From NCBI GenBank assembly GCA_965233865.1, contig OZ247587.1, positions 736,001 through 800,000 of the forward strand: a stretch of DNA of 64,000 bases, written 5' to 3'. Positions 31,177 to 41,237 of this stretch are shown here, piece after piece (position 1 is the first letter of the stretch; each line of letters starts with the position of its first letter). The position numbers and the translations under genes were made by a program. The notes under the pieces are model-generated. The model made no database searches, was not told where the DNA came from, and saw only the letters and a program-made list of their open reading frames with translations. The stretch is from Candidatus Neptunichlamydia sp. Its GTDB lineage: Bacteria; Chlamydiota; Chlamydiia; Chlamydiales; Simkaniaceae.

Positions 31177-32741
31177 AGAAACTCCTTTTGCTTATCCTTC
31201 CTATGGTGTTTATTTCAGCGAAAATGCCAGAAGCCCATCTCGACACTCTGTATCGGAGCTTAGACCCGCAGTCAATATCGCAACTTTTTGCATTTTATCA
31301 TTTGTACCCCGCAACAGGTCAAGGAAAGCAAGCTCTTTCAGACGCACGGGAACTCATGCATAAACATCGAAGTGAGCGCCGCTTCTTAGAAGACGACCTT
31401 GTCCTTCCTGCAATGGACATCGATGGAGTCATTGCCTTTGTCAATAAACAACCCTTTGAAACCGATATTGAACTCTCCAAAGATCAATTGAAGATGATCG
31501 AATCCGTCTCAGATCATCTTGCAAATCGCCGTTTGAAAGGACACTATGTTTGGGAAAAATCTGAGCTTTTCTCTCTTTCTGCCGAGGAAGTCGATCTCTC
31601 TAGAGCACTTCTTCTGTACCAGTTTGAAGAAGACCCTCTAAAAGTGCGACAGTACGAAGCTTCCCTAGATTTGATTGCGCTGCAAATTCTTGCGAGACTT
31701 CCCCTTCATGCGACAAATGAAGAAAAAATTCGGGCAATTAGCCATTTCATATTCCACGAAAAACGCTTCCGGTTCCCTCCCCACTCCCTCTATGCAAAAG
31801 ATATTGATACATACACGTTCCTATCCTCCGTATTAGATAGCAGATTAGGGGTTTGTTTAGGGGTCTCGATTCTTTATCTTTCCATTGCGGAGCGGCTCGA
31901 TCTTCCGCTAGAAATCATCACCCCACCCGGACACATCTATATCCGCTATCGCAAGGGAGAGGAGATCCAAAATATCGAGACCACAGCACGGGGAATTCAT
32001 CTTCCTAACCGTGCCTATTTAGGTATCAACACCCGCAAGCTTCAAGAGCGCAATAAAAAACAAGTTATAGGCCTTACCTTCATCAACCAAGCTTCCGTTG
32101 CATGGCATAAGGAAGATCATGAAACGACTGTTGATCTTTACGAAAAAGCGCTCCTCTTTCTTCCTGAAGATTCTCTTTTAAAAATGTTCCTTGGGTACAA
32201 TTACCTCTTTATTGGAAAGGAAAAGGAAGGGCGTGCTCTACTAAACGAGATCAAAGACCTTACCTTTGACCACTCTGTTGCAAAAGAGACTACTCCCGAA
32301 GACTACTTAAACGGCAAAGTGAATGCCGAAGGGATCAAAACCCTATTTCTCCATGTGGATGAAACCCGAGGATCCATCCTCAAAAAGCAGCAAAAAGTTA
32401 AAGCAATCCTTGAAAAACATCCCAATTTTCGTGATGGGATTCTTCAACTTGCCATCACTCAGCTGCAGCTAGGTCAAAGCGGAGCTGCCTTAGAAAGCCT
32501 TTCTCATTTTCACTCTCTCGATCAAAGTTCCCCCATGGTAGAGTACTATTTAAGCATTGTATCGCTTAATCGCTTTCTCTATAAAGAAGCATGGCAGCAC
32601 CTCCACAGCGCTGAAGAGATTACAAAAAAGAGAGATCACTCCCCCCACTGCCTGAAAGGGTTGCGCCACGCTCTGCGACCCCTTTACCCAGATCCCTCAC
32701 AAACTCAGGTTATTATAGAATGTACAGAAAAAGCAACTTGA
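31173..32741 (+). CDS. Transglutaminase-like (SirB1/Transglut_core2) protein with TPR-like C-terminus
   Basis: Signal-like N-terminus; SVLDSRLGVCLGVSILYLSIAERLDLPLEIITPPGHIY. Confidence 0.75.
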   Translation: MKKLLLLILPMVFISAKMPEAHLDTLYRSLDPQSISQLFAFYHLYPATGQGKQALSDARELMHKHRSERRFLEDDLVLPAMDIDGVIAFVNKQPFETDIELSKDQLKMIESVSDHLANRRLKGHYVWEKSELFSLSAEEVDLSRALLLYQFEEDPLKVRQYEASLDLIALQILARLPLHATNEEKIRAISHFIFHEKRFRFPPHSLYAKDIDTYTFLSSVLDSRLGVCLGVSILYLSIAERLDLPLEIITPPGHIYIRYRKGEEIQNIETTARGIHLPNRAYLGINTRKLQERNKKQVIGLTFINQASVAWHKEDHETTVDLYEKALLFLPEDSLLKMFLGYNYLFIGKEKEGRALLNEIKDLTFDHSVAKETTPEDYLNGKVNAEGIKTLFLHVDETRGSILKKQQKVKAILEKHPNFRDGILQLAITQLQLGQSGAALESLSHFHSLDQSSPMVEYYLSIVSLNRFLYKEAWQHLHSAEEITKKRDHSPHCLKGLRHALRPLYPDPSQTQVIIECTEKAT

Positions 32742-32827
32742 AGCCTACTTTTAGGATTTTTCGTAGTTGAATACGATCAGTAAATTTGAGAAAAAACATG
32801 CAAATAGTTTAAAATAATAACCTGAGT
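32703..32827. mobile_element. MITE-like 125-bp element bounded by perfect 14-bp inverted repeats
   Basis: ACTCAGGTTATTAT (32703) and ATAATAACCTGAGT (32814-32827); a third, similar end ACTTAGGTTAATAG lies at 32881. Confidence 0.5.
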
Positions 32828-33029
32828 AACGGTTGGAAAGAAATCGAAAGATCCCTGAAAGTGAGCGAAATACACTCAAAACTTAGGTTAATAGTATCTA
32901 CAAAATTGGGGAAACCCCAGAATATGAAGAACTTTATAAAAGAAACTCTAATACATCTCTTCTTAATAGAAGAGGCTCTGGCAACAGAGTTTCCTTGTTC
33001 GAAAACTCAACCGATAAAATTTCATTTTT

Positions 33030-33920
33030 ATGAAGATTAAATATTTATTTATCAAAACGATTTCTTTTCTTAAAAAAATCTTTCTTCTCGCCTTGATAGC
33101 TCTAATAGGGTCTACCATATATGATAGTATCTGTATTTTTCATTATTCCCTATGGTTTTCAAATACATGTTTATCTACACCGTATTCTCCTAGAAAAGAA
33201 AAAGAACTTTTGCCTATTTTAGGTAATGAATTTAAATATCTTGATCAAGGATCGACAAGCGAAGCTTTTGCTTCGCTAAATGGGGACTTCGTTGTCAAGT
33301 TTTTTTTAGAAAAAGAGTATGTATCTAAAAAAAGAAAATACATCCCTATTGTCAATTATATAGCTTCAACTAAGAAGAAACTTAAATTAAAAAAAAAATA
33401 CTGTGAAGGATGCATTAACTCTAGACTTTTGCTAAACGATGAAAGTGGTATCATTTATTATCATTTTTCTCCAACAGATTTTTTAAAAAAATCAATTGTT
33501 TTTTATGAAAAAAATGGGGAAAGAAAAAAAATTGATATGGATAAATGTTTCTACTATATCCAAAAAAAAGCAATAGTTTCTGGTGATTACATTCATGACT
33601 GTATCCAAAATGGAAACGATACTCAGGCTTTTTTAGCAATCACAGACCTTCTTTCTTTTACCAAAAGACTCTATGATCAAGGAGTTGTAATGGTAGACCT
33701 TCAATTAACAAGTAATTTTGGATTTATAGATGGGGAATTAATTAGAATTGATACAGAGCATGTTAATTTCAGGAAATCTTGGAAAACAGCTCACAAAACA
33801 CACCTAAAAGAACAGCTTTCTGCCTTTCGTTTTTGGATTTCTTCTAACTACCCCCTAATATTTCAAGATCATTTTGATAAAGAAATATCTCGGCTTAATA
33901 TCGAATATTTTTACGAATGA
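33030..33920 (+). CDS. Membrane-anchored protein with a protein-kinase-like fold
   Basis: N-terminal TM; YLDQGSTSEAF (Gly loop), VVKFF (Lys), VDLQLTSN (catalytic-loop-like) and IRIDT (DFG-like); AT-rich coding. Confidence 0.6.
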   Translation: MKIKYLFIKTISFLKKIFLLALIALIGSTIYDSICIFHYSLWFSNTCLSTPYSPRKEKELLPILGNEFKYLDQGSTSEAFASLNGDFVVKFFLEKEYVSKKRKYIPIVNYIASTKKKLKLKKKYCEGCINSRLLLNDESGIIYYHFSPTDFLKKSIVFYEKNGERKKIDMDKCFYYIQKKAIVSGDYIHDCIQNGNDTQAFLAITDLLSFTKRLYDQGVVMVDLQLTSNFGFIDGELIRIDTEHVNFRKSWKTAHKTHLKEQLSAFRFWISSNYPLIFQDHFDKEISRLNIEYFYE

Positions 33921-34129
33921 TATATATAAAATAGAATTTTCTTATATACAACTCATTGCTAGTTTCCCTAAAAAATCGTATGGAAAATTTATGCAGCTAT
34001 ATCGAAAGTTCACATTAGAGCCGAAAAAATACTCTACCTCCTCTGCATGGCACGAAAACAGTCATTTTTGGACATGCGAGTGCATCTTCAAAACAAACTA
34101 GTCTCGATGAAAGTAGGTTTGTCTTGGGC

Positions 34130-34374
34130 CTAACCGCTGCAAAAGTGGCGTAAGTTAATGAGAGCAAATGCTATATACTTCATCTCATAGTGATGCGAGC
34201 TGATTCTCTCGAACCGTATAAGAAGCCGTTTGAACTTGTCCTCCCATGCAAAGACTCGCTATATGGTACGGAAGCGTTCTTTAAAAACTTCGAAGTCAAA
34301 CATGGGCTTGCGACTACTCTTGCTCTTTTTTCTATTTCGTTTGTTTGGATTGATGTTAGGTTTCATTCTCGCAT
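34130..34374 (-). pseudogene. 3' fragment of a second IS5-family transposase type
   Basis: Manual translation gives NARMKPNINPNKRNRKK...FKERFRTI*RVFAWEDKFKRLLIRFER...ALINLRHFCSG*. Confidence 0.75.
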
Positions 34375-34930
34375 TGAAGGCTCCCCGCAGCAGAGCTACG
34401 GGGCATCTGTCAGGTGGTTTTGCTTAGCTCCAAAAATCCAGTTGCTGATGTAACCTTTTATAGTCTTTTTTTCCTTGGTTTTTGACGTAGTTTCCTATTT
34501 TCTCCTCGTCCCCATGCTTCCTCACGGTACTTATAAAATATCCATCACTCCAAAACTCCCCTCCCCAAAGTATCTTCTTTACTTCAGGCCTTCTCAAAAA
34601 AATCTCTTTTGCCGTGATGCTTTTTATTAGCTGAACAGTTTTTTTGGGGCTATACATCGGAACTGATTGTATCAGAAAGTGAACATGGTCCTTATCAACA
34701 CCGATCTCTAAAAAATTTATCTCATATCTCTTTGAAATTTCAAGGCATATGACCTTAATTTCTTCATCAACACTCTTGTCAAATACCGCTTTCCTGTATT
34801 TGGCCGGACAAACTATGTGGTACATCAAAATTGAGACATTATGACTTTTATGAACATATTCACTCATGCCAAAAAACTATACTTGTTCAGCTTTTACGCA
34901 GCAAGCTGCGGGGAATCAAACCCAAAGAGA
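34375..34930 (-). mobile_element. IS200-type element (IS200/IS605 family, tnpA only)
   Basis: Subterminal hairpins on the minus strand, CCCCGCAGCTTGCTGCG (left end) and GATGCCCCGTAGCTCTGCTGCGGGG...TTCA (right end), flank a Y1 transposase. Confidence 0.88.
34424..34867 (-). CDS. tnpA: Y1 (HUH) transposase TnpA
   Basis: YHIVCPAKYR, DHVHFL (HUH), FWSDGYF and YVKNQ motifs. Confidence 0.95.
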   Translation of the reverse strand: MSEYVHKSHNVSILMYHIVCPAKYRKAVFDKSVDEEIKVICLEISKRYEINFLEIGVDKDHVHFLIQSVPMYSPKKTVQLIKSITAKEIFLRRPEVKKILWGGEFWSDGYFISTVRKHGDEEKIGNYVKNQGKKDYKRLHQQLDFWS

Positions 34931-35080
34931 TTGAGACATCTTGTAGAAAATGCTTTTTTACATTTGAAGCGATGGAGAGGAATTGCTACACGCTATGCTA
35001 AGCACACATCCTCTTTCTTGGCTGCGGTTCAGATCAGATGTTTGGCTTTATGGGTAGAAATCTCGTGACTACATTATCTA
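34931..35080 (+). mobile_element. 3' end of an IS5 copy nearly identical to 1854-2003
   Basis: Same sequence (LRHLVENAFLHLKRWRGIATRY...WVEIS) and right IR GTGACTACATTATCTA; only a few substitutions. Confidence 0.92.
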
Positions 35081-35147
35081 GTAACCTGATTTTTGATTTG
35101 TCAATTTCCCCTCTATGTTATAGAAGGGGGGAAATAAGGATTACGCT

Positions 35148-35492
35148 ATGTATCTCATCGGAATTGTTTTTTCTCTACTGGCAACTGCCCCCGGCCTTAA
35201 AATCGAAGAGGTCATTGCGCATCAGAATATGCAGCAAGGGCAAGATTTAACCATTGAGGAAAACCTGCACGGAGGGAAGATCCTTGTTTTAAGTGATGGC
35301 TCGACTTGGGAAATTGCCCCTCAAAGCCTTAAAACATCGCAGTCTTGGATTATTCCTTCTGCCTTAAAAATCGAAAAGATCAATCATCCTACATATCCCT
35401 ACAAAATCATCAGTATTCAAACAGGTTCTTATGTACTAGCCCGCTTAATCGTTCCCTATAAAACAGGCGGTCTAAACATCGAAAATTCTTAA
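35148..35492 (+). CDS. Small hypothetical exported protein
   Basis: Hydrophobic N-terminus, AAGGA Shine-Dalgarno upstream and GKILVLSDGSTWEIAP. Confidence 0.65.
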   Translation: MYLIGIVFSLLATAPGLKIEEVIAHQNMQQGQDLTIEENLHGGKILVLSDGSTWEIAPQSLKTSQSWIIPSALKIEKINHPTYPYKIISIQTGSYVLARLIVPYKTGGLNIENS

Positions 35493-35638
35493 AATGCTAT
35501 ACAAATACTTGTGTTAACCATTCCATAATCCTCGTATTCATCGCTATGGTAGTATAACTATTTTATGGTGGTCCCAGAAATCAAGAGCAAAATTCGCAAA
35601 AGTTAAGCTAGTTTTTCCCTGATGTTAAATTCAATTCT

Positions 35639-35758
35639 TATAAGAGGCACCATAGGTGTGCAATGGGATATAAGAGTCTTGAGACAGCAAGAAACGCCAT
35701 TGAAGCCATGCACATGATTTTCAAAGGACAACCCTTGAGAGTCCAGTTTACCTTTTGA
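35639..35758 (+). pseudogene. IS6-family transposase C-terminal remnant
   Basis: Reads YKRHHRCAMGYKSLETARNAIEAMHMIFKGQ, resembling the IS6 C-terminus (GFKSxxxAxxxxxGIExMHMIRKGQ). Confidence 0.65.
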
Positions 35759-35890
35759 GTTATCTTACCCTATAATTTTTTTGTCGTGCTACTTAAGTAA
35801 AAAAGTCTTGTTTAGATTATGATGGAACCGAGGTTTGGAATATTTTCCGAATTTCGAAGCCGAAATTTTGTTTAAACAGATTAGCTTCTT

Positions 35891-38488
35891 ATGGATATGA
35901 AATTTACAGAATCCGTCGCAAAGGCCCTTTCTTCAGCAGTCAAAGATGCTGAAAAGCGGCGCAATACTGAAGTGACTGAACATCACGCTTTACTCGCACT
36001 TTTTCAAAATCAAACAGGATATTTTAATACGCTATGTCAAGCGCTCCAGCTTGACCCCAAGCCTCTTTTGTTCGATTTAGAGAAAAAATTGAGACAACTC
36101 CCTTCTTACTCTGGAGAGAGCCAGCAGCCCACGCTAAGCGCTTCCTTGAACCGTCAGATTTATGCAGCACATACCCTGGTGAAAGAGTGGAAGGATACCT
36201 ACCTTAGTAGCGATCACCTATTCTACATATTTTGGGAAGAATCAGAGAATCCCTTTAAGAACTGGGCAAAAAAATCAGGATTATCCCTAAAGCAAATTAA
36301 AGAAAAAATCCACAAAGTCAGGGGAGGAAAGACCATGGATTCATCTACAAGCGAAGAAAACTTGCAGACACTTGAAAAATACTGCAAAAACCTAACAAAC
36401 CTTGCCAAAGAAGGGAAACTTGATCCTGTCATTGGACGAGATGAGGAGATCCGTCGCACAATCCAAGTTCTTTCACGTCGAACAAAGAATAATCCTCTGC
36501 TTATTGGAGAGCCCGGGGTAGGGAAAACTGCGATTGCTGAAGGTCTTGCCTATCGCATTATTCAGGAAGATGTTCCTGATTCCTTAAAGGGAAAGGAACT
36601 CTTCGCCTTAGATATGGGAAGCCTCATTGCGGGAACAAAATTTCGTGGCGAATTTGAAGAAAGACTCAAAGGAATCCTCAAGGAAATCGAAGAGAGCGAC
36701 GGCCAAAACCTCCTCTTTATTGATGAAGTGCATACGCTTGTCGGAGCGGGAGCCTCTGAGGGAGCTATGGATGCTGCAAATCTACTTAAGCCAGCCTTAG
36801 CGCGAGGAACCCTCCATTGTATTGGAGCAACAACGCTTGCAGAATTTCAGAAATATATCGAAAAAGATGCTGCTCTCGAGCGCCGTTTCCAACCTGTTCT
36901 TATTGAGGAGCCAACGCTTGAAGATGCAATGACAATCATGCGAGGGCTTAAGGAAAAATATGAGAATTTCCATGGTGTGCGCATCACCGAAGACGCTCTC
37001 CATAGCGCTGTCATCCTTTCTCACCGCTATATTAGTGATCGGCAACTTCCCGATAAAGCGATCGATCTCATTGATGAGGCCGCCTCAATGATTCGGATGC
37101 AAATGGGATCGCGCCCTCTCCCTATCGATTCAAAGCAAAGGGAACTTAGCAAGTTGATTGTAAAACAAGAAGCCCTCAAAAGGGAAAAAAGTGCAAAAAC
37201 AGACCTTGAAAAACTTCAAAAAGAAATCTCCGAGTTAAAAGAAGAGCTTAATATTCTCAATGAGCGGTGGAATCAAGAGAAAAATAGTCTTGAAAAACTC
37301 AATGAGAAAAAGGGGAAACTGGAACAACTGCGTTTTCAAGAAGAAGAAGCCGAACGAGGTGCTGATTTTAATAAAGTAGCTGAAATCCGTTACAGCACAC
37401 TTCCAGCCCTAGAAAAAGAAATTCAAAAAGCTGAAGCCCTTCTAAAAGATCAAGATCATCGCCTTCTTCAGGAAGAAGTTGATGAAATGCTCATCGCTGA
37501 AATTGTTGCTAAATGGACAGGGATCCCTGTGAATAAAATGCTTGAAGGAGAGGCCGAGCGTCTCCTCACTCTCGAGACCACTCTTGAAGAACGTGTTGTC
37601 GGTCAGGAGCTGGCAATTACTGCTGTGAGTGAAGCGATCCGCCGCGCGCGCGCTGGGCTCAGTGATCCTAATCGTCCTATGGGAGCTTTTCTCTTTGTAG
37701 GACCAACGGGAGTAGGAAAAACCGAGCTAGCAAAAGCTTTGGCAAGCGAACTCTTTAATCAAGAAGAGGCAATGATTCGTCTCGATATGTCTGAATATAT
37801 GGAAAAGCACAGCGTTGCAAAGCTTATTGGGTCCCCTCCAGGGTATGTGGGGCATGACGAAGGGGGTCAACTCACCGAAGCAATCAAAAGGCGCCCCTAT
37901 TCCGTTATCCTCCTTGATGAGGTGGAAAAAGCTCACAGCGATGTCTTTAACATCCTCCTTCAGATCTTTGATGATGGACGGATCACTGACAGTAAAGGGC
38001 GCGTTGTGAACTGCAGAAATACCCTCTTTATTATGACTTCAAATCTAGGAAGTTCTGAGCTCCTTTCTCATAAAGGAGAGCTTTCAAAAGAAACAGTCCT
38101 TGCGATTGTTGATCCGATTATCAAAACCCATTTCCGCCCTGAATTTGTTAACCGTTTGGATGAAATCCTCCCCTTTCTCCCGCTTCAGGAAAAGGATATG
38201 AAAAAAATTGTTCTCATTCAACTGCGGCAGGTAGAAAAGCGGTTAACTGAAAAGGATATTGTCCTGATTTGGACTGCCGATGTTCTCTCTCATCTTGCCA
38301 AAAAAGGGTATGACCCAATATTTGGAGCCCGCCCTTTAAAGCGGCTTATCCAGCATACCGTTGTCAATATGTTCTCAAACGCTATTCTAAAAGGAGAAAT
38401 AGAAAATGGAAATGCCATTAAACTCCGTTTCGTGGAAAACACCCTCATGTATGAAAAGATAGAGCATGTGCCAGAGCCTATCTCTTAG
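35891..38488 (+). CDS. clpB: ATP-dependent disaggregase ClpB
   Basis: Two AAA+ modules ([16 protein letters not shown]), a coiled-coil M domain and GARPLKR. Confidence 0.97.
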   Translation: MDMKFTESVAKALSSAVKDAEKRRNTEVTEHHALLALFQNQTGYFNTLCQALQLDPKPLLFDLEKKLRQLPSYSGESQQPTLSASLNRQIYAAHTLVKEWKDTYLSSDHLFYIFWEESENPFKNWAKKSGLSLKQIKEKIHKVRGGKTMDSSTSEENLQTLEKYCKNLTNLAKEGKLDPVIGRDEEIRRTIQVLSRRTKNNPLLIGEPGVGKTAIAEGLAYRIIQEDVPDSLKGKELFALDMGSLIAGTKFRGEFEERLKGILKEIEESDGQNLLFIDEVHTLVGAGASEGAMDAANLLKPALARGTLHCIGATTLAEFQKYIEKDAALERRFQPVLIEEPTLEDAMTIMRGLKEKYENFHGVRITEDALHSAVILSHRYISDRQLPDKAIDLIDEAASMIRMQMGSRPLPIDSKQRELSKLIVKQEALKREKSAKTDLEKLQKEISELKEELNILNERWNQEKNSLEKLNEKKGKLEQLRFQEEEAERGADFNKVAEIRYSTLPALEKEIQKAEALLKDQDHRLLQEEVDEMLIAEIVAKWTGIPVNKMLEGEAERLLTLETTLEERVVGQELAITAVSEAIRRARAGLSDPNRPMGAFLFVGPTGVGKTELAKALASELFNQEEAMIRLDMSEYMEKHSVAKLIGSPPGYVGHDEGGQLTEAIKRRPYSVILLDEVEKAHSDVFNILLQIFDDGRITDSKGRVVNCRNTLFIMTSNLGSSELLSHKGELSKETVLAIVDPIIKTHFRPEFVNRLDEILPFLPLQEKDMKKIVLIQLRQVEKRLTEKDIVLIWTADVLSHLAKKGYDPIFGARPLKRLIQHTVVNMFSNAILKGEIENGNAIKLRFVENTLMYEKIEHVPEPIS

Positions 38489-38531
38489 ATAGAGATAATT
38501 TCATTTATAGTGGTTTAAGTTTAAGGGGAAA

Positions 38532-39008
38532 TCACGGTCCTTGAGGATTAAAGAACTCATTGAATTGATCCTGGAGAACAGAGGGAACGACTTCTTGAAT
38601 CCCTTTTTTGTCGTACATCAAAAAATAGCTGCACGCAATCATAGTACCGAGTGCCGGGCTAAAGAGGGAAACGATTAGGGCAATTGCACAGATTGCAGAC
38701 CGTTTAAGATTGAGATACCTCCGAGCAAGGAAAGATTTCAATTTGTAGACTTTAAAAGCAGTAAGGATATTGAGAGGAAGGGCAATAGTAAAAAGAGCAA
38801 TGGTAAGAGTCCCCCAGGCAATATCAGTAATCAGCAGCATAAAGAAAAAGAGACGGGCGGCAATGGTCGCAAAGAGATGCCCCTTTTCATCGGGAGCCTT
38901 GTTTTGATCTTTAAGCGTCATATCATAGATGTGCGTCGACAAATCAAGCTTTGGATCCCCCACTTCTTTTTGTCTTTCTACATGTTCAAAAATGTCGTAG
39001 ATCGGCAT
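38532..39008 (-). CDS. Hypothetical membrane protein
   Basis: 158-aa ORF with hydrophobic segments, 5 nt downstream of sthA. Confidence 0.7.
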   Translation of the reverse strand: MPIYDIFEHVERQKEVGDPKLDLSTHIYDMTLKDQNKAPDEKGHLFATIAARLFFFMLLITDIAWGTLTIALFTIALPLNILTAFKVYKLKSFLARRYLNLKRSAICAIALIVSLFSPALGTMIACSYFLMYDKKGIQEVVPSVLQDQFNEFFNPQGP

Positions 39009-39013
39009 TAAAA

Positions 39014-40474
39014 TTACCTCTTATGCTCCACCTTGTTAAACCCATTGAGCGCTGCTATCCGGTACCCTTCTGCGTAAGTGGGATAGTTGAACACTTGGTC
39101 GATAAAATAATCGATCCGGGCGTTATGCATCATTGCTACCTGGCCAATATGAATGACCTCTGTTGCGTCGCGACCAATAATGTGAATACCCAAAATTTCT
39201 AGAGTATCCGCATGAAAGAGGATTTTAAACATTCCTGGGTCATTTCCAGCAATAGTATTTTTCGCAATTTCATAATAATAGGCTCTTCCCACTTCATAAC
39301 GAAACCCTAAATTCTTGAGTTGCTCTTCAGTATAACCACAAGAAGAAATTTCGGGAATCGTATAAATTCCAATCGGATAAAAAGCGGGAAAATGATGTGT
39401 TTCAGCGCCAAACGCATGACGCGCTGCAAGGCGACCTTGTTCCATGCTCGTGGAAGCAAGAGAAGGTCCACCTATTACATCACCTACCGCATAAATGTTT
39501 GGAACAATTGTTTGAAAAAGTGCGTTCACCGTTATGTAACCTTTGCTATCAACGGTGATCCCCACATTTTCAATATAAAGATGATCAACATTGGCAACTC
39601 TTCCCAAAGCATAGAGAAGCATTTCAGATTTCAATGATGATCCATCATTGAATTTTACCTCTACTTCATCTTTGTGACGGATGATCTCATCAAAATCTCG
39701 GTTCCCCATAAACTGGAGCCCGATCTTGCTTAAAGATGATTGGAGATGTTGCCCTATTTCCTTATCAAGATAGGGAAGCATTTGTTCTTTCTTATCAACT
39801 ATAACCACTTCGGTTCCAAGAGCAGCAAAAAAACTCGCATATTCAGAACCAATGATTCCCCCACCAAGGACAATCATCCGTTTGGGAACATGATCGATAG
39901 AGAGGAGGCGGGTGGAATCAAGAACCATCTCTTTATCAAAAGGAACATTTTTGGGGTTACGAGGCTTTGACCCAGTTGCGAGAAGAGTTTTTTCCCCAGT
40001 AATGACATGGGTTAAGTGGTTACTATCATCCAGAACAGCAATTTGATGGTGGTTTTCAAAATGGGCTGTCCCATGAACAAGTTTGATATTGTTTTTTTTG
40101 AACTGGCAATGAAGCTGACGAGTTTGCTCTTCAGTAACTTGCTTGAGGCAGTAGTTAAGGTCATTGATCGAAATATTATGCTCTTGCACATCGTGTTTGG
40201 AGTAATAGCTCTTCTTATGGAAATCCGTTAGATTTAGAATCGCTTCGCGAAGAGATTTTGAAGGAATTGTTCCAGAGTGAAGACATCCTCCACCAGGGTT
40301 AGGGTACTTTTCAATCATGACAACCGACTTTCCTAATTTCGCTGCTTGAATTGCCGCGTTCTGCCCAGCGGGACCCGACCCAATTACGACAAAATCTGCA
40401 TAAATCTCTTCCAATTGCACCACCAAAGTAAAAACTTCTTTTACTTGAAAGAAAGATTTCTTTTCAAACACCAA
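39014..40474 (-). CDS. sthA: Soluble pyridine nucleotide transhydrogenase; true start probably about 20 codons downstream
   Basis: GSGPAGQ, GGGCLHSGTIPSKSLRE (single Cys), GGGIIGSEYA, IYTIPEIS and FNYPT motifs. Confidence 0.9.
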   Translation of the reverse strand: MVFEKKSFFQVKEVFTLVVQLEEIYADFVVIGSGPAGQNAAIQAAKLGKSVVMIEKYPNPGGGCLHSGTIPSKSLREAILNLTDFHKKSYYSKHDVQEHNISINDLNYCLKQVTEEQTRQLHCQFKKNNIKLVHGTAHFENHHQIAVLDDSNHLTHVITGEKTLLATGSKPRNPKNVPFDKEMVLDSTRLLSIDHVPKRMIVLGGGIIGSEYASFFAALGTEVVIVDKKEQMLPYLDKEIGQHLQSSLSKIGLQFMGNRDFDEIIRHKDEVEVKFNDGSSLKSEMLLYALGRVANVDHLYIENVGITVDSKGYITVNALFQTIVPNIYAVGDVIGGPSLASTSMEQGRLAARHAFGAETHHFPAFYPIGIYTIPEISSCGYTEEQLKNLGFRYEVGRAYYYEIAKNTIAGNDPGMFKILFHADTLEILGIHIIGRDATEVIHIGQVAMMHNARIDYFIDQVFNYPTYAEGYRIAALNGFNKVEHKR

Positions 40475-40509
40475 CAGAATCTGTCAACCCAAAGTAGAAA
40501 TGTCAGCTT

Positions 40510-41123
40510 TTTAATGATGTTAAGGCCGACTGCACAGTCGGCCCTATGCCCATGGGTGATTTCTAGCTCGATAATCTCTTGTGTTTTAGCATCGATGGCA
40601 ATATGTAGCTTGATCCATTTTCTTCGCTTCGATGCTCCATGCACCTTAACCTTCCGCTCACCTTCTCCATAAACCTTGATGCCAGAAGCATCGATAAGCA
40701 CAACCTTTGGTCTTCTAGAGGAGAGCTTAGGTAAAAGAGCTTCCATTGAAGAAGCTCTTTTACAAATAAGGGAATAAGTTGGGAGTGCCACACGGTCTTG
40801 AATCAGTAGAAGAATAGACTTCGAAAATCCTTCAAGAGCTCTATACGTAAGACGGTATTGAATTTTCAATACGAGAAGAAGTTGAATAAGTGGGTGGGCA
40901 AACAAGCGAGGGCGCCCTCGCTTGTTTGCCTCAGGCTTTGAATTTATCGCATTTTGATCGATAAAAAAGTTATACTTCCTCCTTTTACCAAATCTTGATT
41001 ATACTTTGACCAATTGCGCTTGCGCATCTGAAGCTCCTTCTTTTTAGTGGTTTAAAATAAAGGAGTTTCTCTTTTTTAAGAAGTTTTTAGCAAGTTTTTT
41101 CTACGGATTTATTCAACAACGCC
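40510..41123 (-). mobile_element. Truncated, frameshifted IS903-like (IS5 family) element
   Basis: Left IR GGCGTTGTTGAATAAATC (41123-41106) is IS903-like. ATG 41027 reads MRKRNWSKYNQDLV, then a frameshift leads to ...IDASGIKVYGEGE...KRRKWIKLHIAID. The 3' half is missing. Confidence 0.88.
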
Positions 41124-41237
41124 TCATAACTGTCCTATTTTTCGGGGGAAGATCAATTCCGTAAAAGTATATTTTTTGAGACGTACTAAATGTTGGGGCG
41201 GTTTTTATGTTTCTGTATAAAAAAACATTGAATTGTC

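Noticed and set aside
34841..35068. 75-aa ORF
   Set aside because: It is a chimera of the IS200 left end and the IS5 3' fragment.
32881..35091. Composite element from the end at 32881 to a similar motif near 35078-35091 enclosing the kinase-like gene
   Set aside because: The match is only partial, overlaps the IS5 end, and no target duplication is visible.
35760..35890. CIRCE/HrcA operator upstream of clpB (htpX also checked)
   Set aside because: No TTAGCACTC-N9-GAGTGCTAA match was found.
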